IMG/VR virus record: IMGVR_UViG_3300042896_000343
Location: 363 to 64,362 of that record
Direction: 5' to 3' (one strand)
Length of the DNA: 64,000 nt
Source: a virus
Lineage: Duplodnaviria; Caudoviricetes
Notes under the pieces: model-generated
Databases searched by the model: none
Told to the model about the DNA's origin: nothing
Seen by the model: the letters and a program-made list of their open reading frames with translations, nothing else
Shown here: positions 1 through 7,095 of the stretch, piece after piece
Numbering within the stretch: position 1 is the first letter of the stretch
How the letters are laid out: each line of letters starts with the position of its first letter
Made by a program: the position numbers and the translations under genes

Positions 1-131
1 TGATTTTGTTTATAAGCATTATTTGCATGTGCAACCCCTAAATGTAATTTATTAGAAGCACTACTTAAATATAATATAGTATTTTGTTCTGTAAGTAACA
101 TTATTACCTGTGCTCTTTTAAACTGATTCAT
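1..131 (-). CDS. hypothetical early protein, N-terminal part (runs off the window edge)
   Basis: Hand-translated on the minus strand from ATG at 131: MNQFKRAQVIMLLTEQNTILYLSSASNKLHLG..., open to position 1; same orientation as neighbouring small genes. Confidence 0.55.
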   Translation of the reverse strand, partial: MNQFKRAQVIMLLTEQNTILYLSSASNKLHLGVAHANNAYKQN

Positions 132-205
132 ATCATTTGTTTTTAAGAATTAATAATATAATCAGTCAACCCAGCATTACCTGTAATTGACTGACTAAAG
201 TGTTG

Positions 206-349
206 TTAATTAAATGGCTTACCTCCACCTTTTAACCATTGGTCATAAGGCATCATATCTTCATCATCTTTTAATGATGTAATACACACTTCATTTTCTG
301 TTATTTTAACAGGTTGTAATGTTGCAAATTTGTAAATAATAGTTTTCAT
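206..349 (-). CDS. small hypothetical protein (47 aa, not in ORF track)
   Basis: Hand-translated MKTIIYKFATLQPVKITENEVCITSLKDDEDMMPYDQWLKGGGKPFN*; A-rich leader typical of Bacteroidota-type starts. Confidence 0.6.
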   Translation of the reverse strand: MKTIIYKFATLQPVKITENEVCITSLKDDEDMMPYDQWLKGGGKPFN

Positions 350-387
350 AATTTTGTTATTTAGTCAGTTAATAATTTATTTAAAAA

Positions 388-465
388 AAACTCTACAAGG
401 TTGCACCTTGAATATTTACTTGAAACACATAAGTGTTGTATTTATCCTGCAATTGGATAGAGTTT
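388..465 (-). ncRNA. candidate tRNA-like four-way-junction RNA element
   Basis: Outer stem AAACTCTA(388-395)/TAGAGTTT(458-465) encloses hairpins CAAGGT/ACCTTG, AACAC/GTGTT and TCC/GGA; intergenic. Confidence 0.35.
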
Positions 466-487
466 AAACAGAAGCTCTCTCTCACTT

Positions 488-604
488 CTATTGTATTAAT
501 AAAGGAACAATATAAAGAGAGTCTAAAGCAATACATATAAGTAATGCTATAAACAAATCTTTTTTATTTCCTTTGAAATTCGGAATTACACAGAATGTTA
601 TCAT
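488..604 (-). CDS. small membrane protein (38 aa, not in ORF track)
   Basis: MITFCVIPNFKGNKKDLFIALLICIALDSLYIVPLLIQ*; one hydrophobic segment; abuts the 607..795 ORF. Confidence 0.5.
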   Translation of the reverse strand: MITFCVIPNFKGNKKDLFIALLICIALDSLYIVPLLIQ

Positions 605-606
605 AA

Positions 607-795
607 TTATTTATTTTTATGTTCAAATAACATTAAAATTAAAATTCCAGTTAATGCTATAAACGGACAAATTACAATATATATATCAAACCAAGATTTG
701 AGAGATAATAAATTGTCTGTAACAGCAAATAATGTAGCAAAACACCATATAAGTATTAAACTAAACAATACTAATAATCTTTTATATTCTGTCAT
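607..795 (-). CDS. small membrane protein, 2 predicted TM helices
   Basis: 62 aa with two hydrophobic stretches; tightly packed with its neighbours. Confidence 0.65.
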   Translation of the reverse strand: MTEYKRLLVLFSLILIWCFATLFAVTDNLLSLKSWFDIYIVICPFIALTGILILMLFEHKNK

Positions 796-796
796 G

Positions 797-958
797 TTAT
801 TTATATTTATTGATGTGATAAATTAAATACAATGAAAATGAATTACATATTACTGTAAAGATTCCTCCAATATAATGTCCACAATATATTAGGTACATTC
901 CAAATACCATTAACACTAAAGTTAATAATAATAGAATTTTAGTTTTTAATTGTCTCAT
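797..958 (-). CDS. small membrane protein (53 aa, not in ORF track)
   Basis: MRQLKTKILLLLTLVLMVFGMYLIYCGHYIGGIFTVICNSFSLYLIYHINKYK*; two hydrophobic segments; stop lies 1 nt before the next start. Confidence 0.6.
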   Translation of the reverse strand: MRQLKTKILLLLTLVLMVFGMYLIYCGHYIGGIFTVICNSFSLYLIYHINKYK

Positions 959-969
959 GTTTATATTAT

Positions 970-1122
970 TTAATGAGTTATTAATTCAGAAAGATCTGAA
1001 GGCACAGGATGTGCATCTATAATCTTATCAATTTCTTCCATTGTTTCACCTTGTACAACAGCGTACAAATGGAATACGTCAGAAGTTTTGTGTTCTCTGA
1101 CGTATATTTCTAATCTTTCCAT
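970..1122 (-). CDS. small hypothetical protein (50 aa, not in ORF track)
   Basis: MERLEIYVREHKTSDVFHLYAVVQGETMEEIDKIIDAHPVPSDLSELITH*; fills the gap in the leftward gene train. Confidence 0.6.
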   Translation of the reverse strand: MERLEIYVREHKTSDVFHLYAVVQGETMEEIDKIIDAHPVPSDLSELITH

Positions 1123-1124
1123 AA

Positions 1125-1310
1125 CTATTTAAGTTTAAGAACATATTGTGTTGAACCATTTAATAACTTAAATGTTTCAACAACTTCTAAATTATGCTTA
1201 GTGAGAACATCATTAATATCATTCCTAAAAGATAATAAATTAATGTATTCAAGATCTTTATCATATAATACAAAGTATAATAAGACTAATTGAGAAACTA
1301 TATTTTCCAT
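1125..1310 (-). CDS. hypothetical protein
   Basis: 61 aa ORF packed between neighbours with 2-nt gaps. Confidence 0.65.
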   Translation of the reverse strand: MENIVSQLVLLYFVLYDKDLEYINLLSFRNDINDVLTKHNLEVVETFKLLNGSTQYVLKLK

Positions 1311-1312
1311 AA

Positions 1313-1621
1313 TTATAATCTTTTAATACGTTTCCAAATTCTTTCCATCAAAGTAGTATTACCCATTGATTCTTGTTTAATAAAGAAATCAGGTAATCTA
1401 CTTGTTCCATGATTGTGCCAACATTGTGACAATAATTTATTAGGAAGAATAAGTTTAACTTCTTCTCCTTTAATATTAATCCAATCATTAAATAAGACAA
1501 ATCCATAATCAGGATTTAATCGAGTCTCACCACCACATGTCCAAGATTCTAACAATCCAGTGAAGTAATCATTAAGATCTTCAATCATTTGTTCTCTAGT
1601 AATAGATATATTTATATTCAT
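1313..1621 (-). CDS. hypothetical protein
   Basis: 102 aa ORF, first of the leftward small-gene train. Confidence 0.7.
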   Translation of the reverse strand: MNINISITREQMIEDLNDYFTGLLESWTCGGETRLNPDYGFVLFNDWINIKGEEVKLILPNKLLSQCWHNHGTSRLPDFFIKQESMGNTTLMERIWKRIKRL

Positions 1622-2276
1622 AGTCAGTAAGTTTTAATTATACATATAGAAAGAAAGAATATTATTCTAATGCTATATGTATTATATTGTGTTTTGTGTT
1701 TGTCTTTTTATTAAAAATGAGAGAATAGGCCCCTATGTATATACATCTAAACATTAATTCACATTTTTATTTTCTAAAAATGAATGAATAATAAGAAAAT
1801 GATTACATACGACATGCTTTCTTGTAAGAAAACATCTTGAAAAGTTTATTTCTCCCTCGTAAAAAGTTTTTATATCTATATAAGTAAGTAAGTAAAGAAA
1901 CAATAAAGTTTATACCTATATATATATATTAACTAATTACGAGAGATCAATAAACAGAATTTATTAATAACTAAGATCTTGCTATTAGTATTAGGTTATG
2001 ATTTTAAATGCCTCTTGACATCCTATATATAACTATCAACAAGCTTTGAAAACTATTAATTAATTCTTTAATCTATACAGACTATTTGGAACTCAGTGTC
2101 CTGATAATACCTGTTAGAATCTGCGTCTATATATAAGTCTAGAAATGTTGTATATGATATAACTACTCACATCTTTTACACTCTCTTATATATAAACTAT
2201 ATTCACATATATAAATAGGTCTTAAAACGATTTTGGTTTCCCAACCATACGATCTTACAACCCACCCCTATATATG

Positions 2277-2300
2277 AAAAAAAGGGAGCGTTAGCTCCCT
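2277..2300 (-). terminator. intrinsic terminator after the 2299..2664 gene
   Basis: AGGGAGC-gtta-GCTCCCT hairpin with an A7 tract on + (U tract on -), at the stop codon. Confidence 0.8.
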
Positions 2301-2664
2301 ATTCAAGTCCTGCAATCATAGCTTCAGGATTAAGTTTTCCTGCCATGAAGTTCTCTACTGTAAATGATGCTAACATCACTTCAGTCTGAGCCATGCTCAC
2401 TTCTTGGTCAATAGTAGTAAATCCTACCATGCTCACTAATCCTTCTTCATTAGAATCCAAATCAATGCTGTAGATTTTTTTCTTAGCAAAGAATTCGCAG
2501 AATTCGTCTGCTGTATTAGCAATGAACACTTTACCGCCATAACTAAATCGTCTGTACTTTTGTTTGTACATTGGACTTGTTTCTGCAACATCATATTCTT
2601 TGTCTGTAGCAATTGCTCTTACCTTGAACACTTCTCTTCCTTTAATCTCTGTAATTGTAGCCAT
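2299..2664 (-). CDS. hypothetical protein (stand-alone leftward gene)
   Basis: 121 aa ORF with its own terminator; first gene left of the divergence point. Confidence 0.8.
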   Translation of the reverse strand: MATITEIKGREVFKVRAIATDKEYDVAETSPMYKQKYRRFSYGGKVFIANTADEFCEFFAKKKIYSIDLDSNEEGLVSMVGFTTIDQEVSMAQTEVMLASFTVENFMAGKLNPEAMIAGLE

Positions 2665-2696
2665 TTTATTTTTATTTGAATGTTATTTAATAGGGG

Positions 2697-2732
2697 ACTA
2701 CCCCCAACCTCTCGAGCTGTAGGTGGGGTAGT
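2697..2732. promoter_or_regulatory. GC-rich hairpin at the early/late divergence point
   Basis: ACTACCCC(ca)ACCT-ctcgagctgt-AGGTGGGGTAGT, a 12-bp stem with a 2-nt bulge; no U-tract. Confidence 0.45.
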
Positions 2733-2926
2733 GATTGGTAGTGGTCTCATATTCATAACAGATAAACGAAAAAAAAAATTAGAAAAAAAATTTTTTTAAT
2801 TAGCACTATTGCACAAGAAAAAAATAAGTATTAATTTTGGGGTGGAGGTTGGGCAAGGAACATAAAAGACATCTAAAAACAAGTGGTCTGTACAGAATAC
2901 TAGGGAAATAACAAGAAAAATGTACG

Positions 2927-2937
2927 TAATATAGCAT
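2927..2937 (-). promoter_or_regulatory. ATGCTATATTA motif, copy 1 (reverse orientation)
   Basis: TAATATAGCAT on +; the same 11-mer occurs at 9719 and 56680. Confidence 0.5.
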
Positions 2938-2951
2938 TGAAAGTAATAAAA

Positions 2952-2984
2952 TTTGTTTATATTTATTTTTATGTTGTACATTTG
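2952..2984 (+). promoter_or_regulatory. Bacteroidota sigmaA-type promoter for the packaging operon
   Basis: TTTG(2952-2955)-N21-TACATTTG(2977-2984) matches the -33/-7 consensus TTTG-N19-21-TAnnTTTG; 20 nt before the ATG at 3005. Confidence 0.75.
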
Positions 2985-3004
2985 TATTATAATAATTAGG
3001 GAAT

Positions 3005-3349
3005 ATGAAAACTACATTACAGAAGTTAAAGAAAACTATAAATGATAAAGTTATATTAGCTGAAAGATATTATTCTATCTTATCAGTTATTAATAATTTT
3101 AAGTTAACTCAAAGAGAAATTCAATTACTTGCTTTTACAGCGGTTAAAGGTAATATGACATATGCTAATGTTAGAGAAGAGTTTTGTAAAACACATAACA
3201 CTACATCCCCTACTATTAATAATATTATTTCAAAGCTTAAAAAAATGAGCTTACTTATAAAGGATCAAGGAAAGATAAAAGTCAATCCTAAGATCCTTTT
3301 GGATTTTGAAGACAATTTGGTTTTAGAAATATCTTTTACTCATGAGTAG
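3005..3349 (+). CDS. winged-HTH DNA-binding protein (MarR/RepL-like)
   Basis: LTQREIQLLAF...SPTINNIISKLKKMSLL...IKVNP wHTH pattern; position upstream of the terminase as in crAss-like phages. Confidence 0.65.
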   Translation: MKTTLQKLKKTINDKVILAERYYSILSVINNFKLTQREIQLLAFTAVKGNMTYANVREEFCKTHNTTSPTINNIISKLKKMSLLIKDQGKIKVNPKILLDFEDNLVLEISFTHE

Positions 3350-3686
3350 TAAACCACAATCAATGACAGTCAAAGAATGGTTAATTAAAAAGTTAGCTAT
3401 TTCAATTGTAATCCCAGAAAGGGTTATAGACGCTGTGATCTCTAATCAATTCGATACAGCCAATGATGCTTTAAAGACTTGTAAGAGTATTGAGATTTCA
3501 GGGTTTGGTAAATTTGTGTTTAATCAAAACAAAGCTGTAAAACAAATGGCTAAGTATATAAGTCAAAAAGAAACGTTTGAAAACATTCTTGCTGATGAAT
3601 CTATAACGAATGTAAGAAGAACAAACATCTTAATGAAACTAGAAACTACATTGAATAATATTAAAGCACTAACACCAAAGATGTAA
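3342..3686 (+). CDS. HU/IHF-like DNA-binding protein
   Basis: SIEISGFGKF resembles the HU/IHF GFGxF signature and is preceded by two helices. Confidence 0.65.
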   Translation: MSSKPQSMTVKEWLIKKLAISIVIPERVIDAVISNQFDTANDALKTCKSIEISGFGKFVFNQNKAVKQMAKYISQKETFENILADESITNVRRTNILMKLETTLNNIKALTPKM

Positions 3687-3988
3687 TGAAAATACTAAAT
3701 ATATATGAAGGTTGGAAAAACAAACTTTTCCCTTCTGAAAAATTAAAAGATATTATTGAAGAGACTAGACAAGAACGTTTAGATATTTGTAACAAATGCG
3801 ATGAACATTCTTCAAACAAAAAAGGATATAAATCAATTAGAATAGACGCACATTGTACAAATTGTGGATGCACATTATCAGCAAAGACAAGTTGTTTACA
3901 TTGTGAATGTCCTTTAAAATACTGGAAAGCTAAACTGAGTGCAGAACAACATAAAGAAATTATAGAAGATGAGAGATCCAAACGATAA
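3686..3988 (+). CDS. Cys-rich putative Zn-binding protein
   Basis: RLDICNKC...CTNCGCTLSAKTSCLHCECPLKYW; TAATG coupling with the upstream gene. Confidence 0.7.
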   Translation: MKILNIYEGWKNKLFPSEKLKDIIEETRQERLDICNKCDEHSSNKKGYKSIRIDAHCTNCGCTLSAKTSCLHCECPLKYWKAKLSAEQHKEIIEDERSKR

Positions 3989-4268
3989 ATTTTTAAAAAT
4001 ACAAAAAATTCCTTTATTTGCTTTATTAGAAATCTTAGATAAATTGTATGAGGATGGTGTAGAATATATTGATATTACAGGAGAAGTTAGAGATGATAAA
4101 GATGTAATTAAAATATTAGTAAAAGAAGAATACATGTCTGAAGACACTGAGGAAGATGAAGATGCTGCTGAGATAAAAGATACCTTTAGTAGAAACACAC
4201 AAGACAACGAACCTAATATTGATTTTAATAAGAGATTAACAGAAGATGATATTCAAAATTTACTTTAA
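3969..4268 (+). CDS. acidic hypothetical protein
   Basis: 99 aa, D/E-rich, within the operon. Confidence 0.7.
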   Translation: MRDPNDKFLKIQKIPLFALLEILDKLYEDGVEYIDITGEVRDDKDVIKILVKEEYMSEDTEEDEDAAEIKDTFSRNTQDNEPNIDFNKRLTEDDIQNLL

Positions 4269-4270
4269 AT

Positions 4271-4540
4271 ATGAGAGTAACTAATTACTATAAAAAAATT
4301 TGTTCTTTATTAGAACGTTTACATAAACTACATCCTAGTTATAATATGGGTAAGCATTTATCTACAGCTTTGGATGAATCTAATTTATGGGGGATGTCTG
4401 ATAAAGAAATATATACAGCATTAAATAATTATTCTGAAGAATTATTGTTAGATAAAGAACATCCTAAAGAAGATCTGGAAATGATTATAAAAGGAGGTAT
4501 GAATCTAAACGAAGATATTTACGAAGAAGAAGAAGATTAA
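4271..4540 (+). CDS. hypothetical protein
   Basis: 89 aa, within the operon. Confidence 0.7.
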   Translation: MRVTNYYKKICSLLERLHKLHPSYNMGKHLSTALDESNLWGMSDKEIYTALNNYSEELLLDKEHPKEDLEMIIKGGMNLNEDIYEEEED

Positions 4541-4544
4541 CATT

Positions 4545-4853
4545 ATGGCTTTAACAAAAACTACATACGTAAACACAGAGCTTGAATGGGCTGAGACACA
4601 ATTAGTTTCTTGGAAACAATATGTTGATGCTAATCCATTACATGAATTGAAAGATAGGATTGAATGGAAACCAACAGCAAAAGGAGGATTACTTCCTATG
4701 GTAATTGCAAGTATAGAAGCTCAAGGAAAATTTGTACAAGATACAATGAAAAACTATTTAGCTCTATTAGAGCAAGTTGAGAAACTTAGAGAGAAAGAAG
4801 AAGTAAAAAAAGTAGCTAGGGGCTCAGGGTCTGTACCACATAGAATGGAATAA
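4545..4853 (+). CDS. helical protein, possible terminase small subunit
   Basis: 102 aa helical/coiled-coil ORF just upstream of the large terminase; function inferred from position only. Confidence 0.4.
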   Translation: MALTKTTYVNTELEWAETQLVSWKQYVDANPLHELKDRIEWKPTAKGGLLPMVIASIEAQGKFVQDTMKNYLALLEQVEKLREKEEVKKVARGSGSVPHRME

Positions 4854-4855
4854 TT

Positions 4856-5071
4856 ATGTCAGAGAGTAAAAACAAACTACAACCTATTATATACTATACT
4901 TCTGCTGAAGGGCATCGTCTTTTAGATGAAGCTATTATGGAAGAAATTGCTTTACAAATAGCTCAAGCTCCTATATATTTAGTAGATGAAGTAGGGCAAT
5001 GGGAGCATAATACAGAAGAAACTAAAAAAGCTTGGGATAAAATAAAGGCTAAAGGTATAAAATGGAAATAA
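4856..5071 (+). CDS. hypothetical protein
   Basis: 71 aa, overlaps the terminase start. Confidence 0.6.
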   Translation: MSESKNKLQPIIYYTSAEGHRLLDEAIMEEIALQIAQAPIYLVDEVGQWEHNTEETKKAWDKIKAKGIKWK

Positions 5072-7095
5072 AATCAACAGAATTTTTTAGAAATATGAAA
5101 ACTCTTCCTCCTCCTGGGACCGAAGAGTTTCGACAATTAATAAAATGGGAAGAAGAAAAGATTAAAGGTGGTGTTACTATCAATGGTGTATTTTTCTCTG
5201 GTTGGTTATATTGGCATTTGAATCATTGGTATATTAGAATAGATGAACTAGATGAATATGGAAATGATATTCGTGTAGAGAAGTTACCAGAACTCCGTGA
5301 TAATGAATGGATTAGAGCAGATATTCTTGAGCAATGTAAAGTTGAGAAAAAAGGATATATGGAAATTGGAGGTCGTCAAGGAGGAAAATCTGAGATGGAA
5401 GCTTCTTATTTTGGAATGAATGCCACTATGTTTAAGAATACACAAAACGTTATTGTCTGTGGAAATGATAATGACCTTTCATTGCTTAAAGACAAAGTGG
5501 ATTTTGGTCTTAAAAAATTATGGACAGGACTAGCAATACCAAGACTTGATAAAACATGGAGATCCAACCAAGTAAGACTTGGATATAAAAAACCAGATGG
5601 TGAAGATGAAATTTGGAGCTATATAGTTATACGTAATGCCAGAGATGGTGTTAACACTGAGGTGGCTGCAGGTACAACTGCAAAAAGTTTTATTATGGAT
5701 GAGGTAGGTAAGTATCCTTTTTCATCTGCATTTAAAGCAGCGGAACCAGCATTAAAAGGTAAGAATGGATATAGAGCAGTGCCTATTTTAGTTGGAACAG
5801 GTGGAGCCTTTGATAAGGGTCAAGACGCTGAAAACTTTTTTTACAATCCAGGTGCGAATAATTTTCTTGAAGTTTTGAACGAAGGTTCTGATATGAAATC
5901 AGGATTATTTATGTCAGGGATATACAGACAAGACTGTAAATACACAACTACAGTAGCTACATGGCTTAACGAAACGAAAGGATTAAACCTTCCTAAAGAT
6001 TCTGACCTACATAATATAGCAATAAACGTAGCAGATAAAGTTCTTGCTAATAAAGTTATTGAAAAAGAAAGAGCTGCAGCAAAATTAAATCCTGATAGAT
6101 CTATATATTTAAAACAAATAATGTATTATCCTCTTACTGTAGAGGAGTGTTTCTTATCTTCTTCTGAAAATATCTTTGATGTTGAAGCAGCTAAAAGACA
6201 AAAAACTAGATTATTAAGTCAAGAAAGAACAGGAATTCCTGTTGTATTATATGATGATGGTGATGGTATTAAACATCAATTTACAGATAAACTTCCAATT
6301 ACAAACTTTCCATTAAAGACAGGAGATAGTAAAGATGCTCCAGTAGTTATATATGAATTTCCAATGGAAAGCCCTCCATATGGTTTATATGTTGCAGGAG
6401 TCGATCCTTATAGACAAGGTAAATCTGCATATAGTTCTTCATTAGGGTCTGTATATATTTACAAAAGAATGCATTCTATTAGTGGGGATGCTTACCAAGA
6501 TATGTTTGTAGCTAGTTATTGTGCTAGACCAGACAAAAAAGAAACATGGGAGGAACAAGCTAGACTATTAATTAAATATTATAATGCTAGAACGTTATGT
6601 GAAAATGATGAAATATCTTTTATAGATTATATGATATCTAAAGGAGATGCACATTATCTTGAAAAACAACCAGCATGGTTAAGAGAAATTGTTCCACACA
6701 CTACTGTTAACAGAGATTATGGTATTCATAGATCTTCTGAAAAAATTAGAACATTTTTACATGGATGTTTTAAAAAATACATGGAAGATATATTAACAAG
6801 AGAGTTAGATGAAAATAATGAAATAGTTAGTACAGTTAAAGGAGTCAGTAAAATATTTGATCCTGTGTTGTTGGAAGAAGTAATTCAATACAACGATGAA
6901 GGTAACTTTGATAGAATTATTGCAGCTGAATTAGCAATAGCATTGGCTATGAAAATGGACCCAATCATGGGTAAAATTGGAGGGGAAAGTGATGAAAGAA
7001 TAACAGCTTTGTACAAAAAAAAGAAAAGTAATACTTTATTTGGACAAGGTTCAGGAATGTTTAAAACAAACAAATCAAATAAACTATTTAAATAA
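5062..7095 (+). CDS. terL: terminase large subunit
   Basis: Walker A GGRQGGKS, Walker B FIMDEVG, coupling motif VGTGG, RNase H-like nuclease VAGVDPY...CEND...FDRII; directly precedes the portal. Confidence 0.95.
   Translation: MEIKSTEFFRNMKTLPPPGTEEFRQLIKWEEEKIKGGVTINGVFFSGWLYWHLNHWYIRIDELDEYGNDIRVEKLPELRDNEWIRADILEQCKVEKKGYMEIGGRQGGKSEMEASYFGMNATMFKNTQNVIVCGNDNDLSLLKDKVDFGLKKLWTGLAIPRLDKTWRSNQVRLGYKKPDGEDEIWSYIVIRNARDGVNTEVAAGTTAKSFIMDEVGKYPFSSAFKAAEPALKGKNGYRAVPILVGTGGAFDKGQDAENFFYNPGANNFLEVLNEGSDMKSGLFMSGIYRQDCKYTTTVATWLNETKGLNLPKDSDLHNIAINVADKVLANKVIEKERAAAKLNPDRSIYLKQIMYYPLTVEECFLSSSENIFDVEAAKRQKTRLLSQERTGIPVVLYDDGDGIKHQFTDKLPITNFPLKTGDSKDAPVVIYEFPMESPPYGLYVAGVDPYRQGKSAYSSSLGSVYIYKRMHSISGDAYQDMFVASYCARPDKKETWEEQARLLIKYYNARTLCENDEISFIDYMISKGDAHYLEKQPAWLREIVPHTTVNRDYGIHRSSEKIRTFLHGCFKKYMEDILTRELDENNEIVSTVKGVSKIFDPVLLEEVIQYNDEGNFDRIIAAELAIALAMKMDPIMGKIGGESDERITALYKKKKSNTLFGQGSGMFKTNKSNKLFK

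Noticed and set aside
543-664. Two copies of TAATGCTATAAAC resembling the operator motif
   Set aside because: Both fall inside small membrane ORFs (encoding FIAL on the minus strand) and differ from the 11-mer; probably a coding coincidence.
2796-2981. 61-aa minus-strand ORF
   Set aside because: Overlaps the promoter and operator region and A/T tracts; composition looks non-coding.
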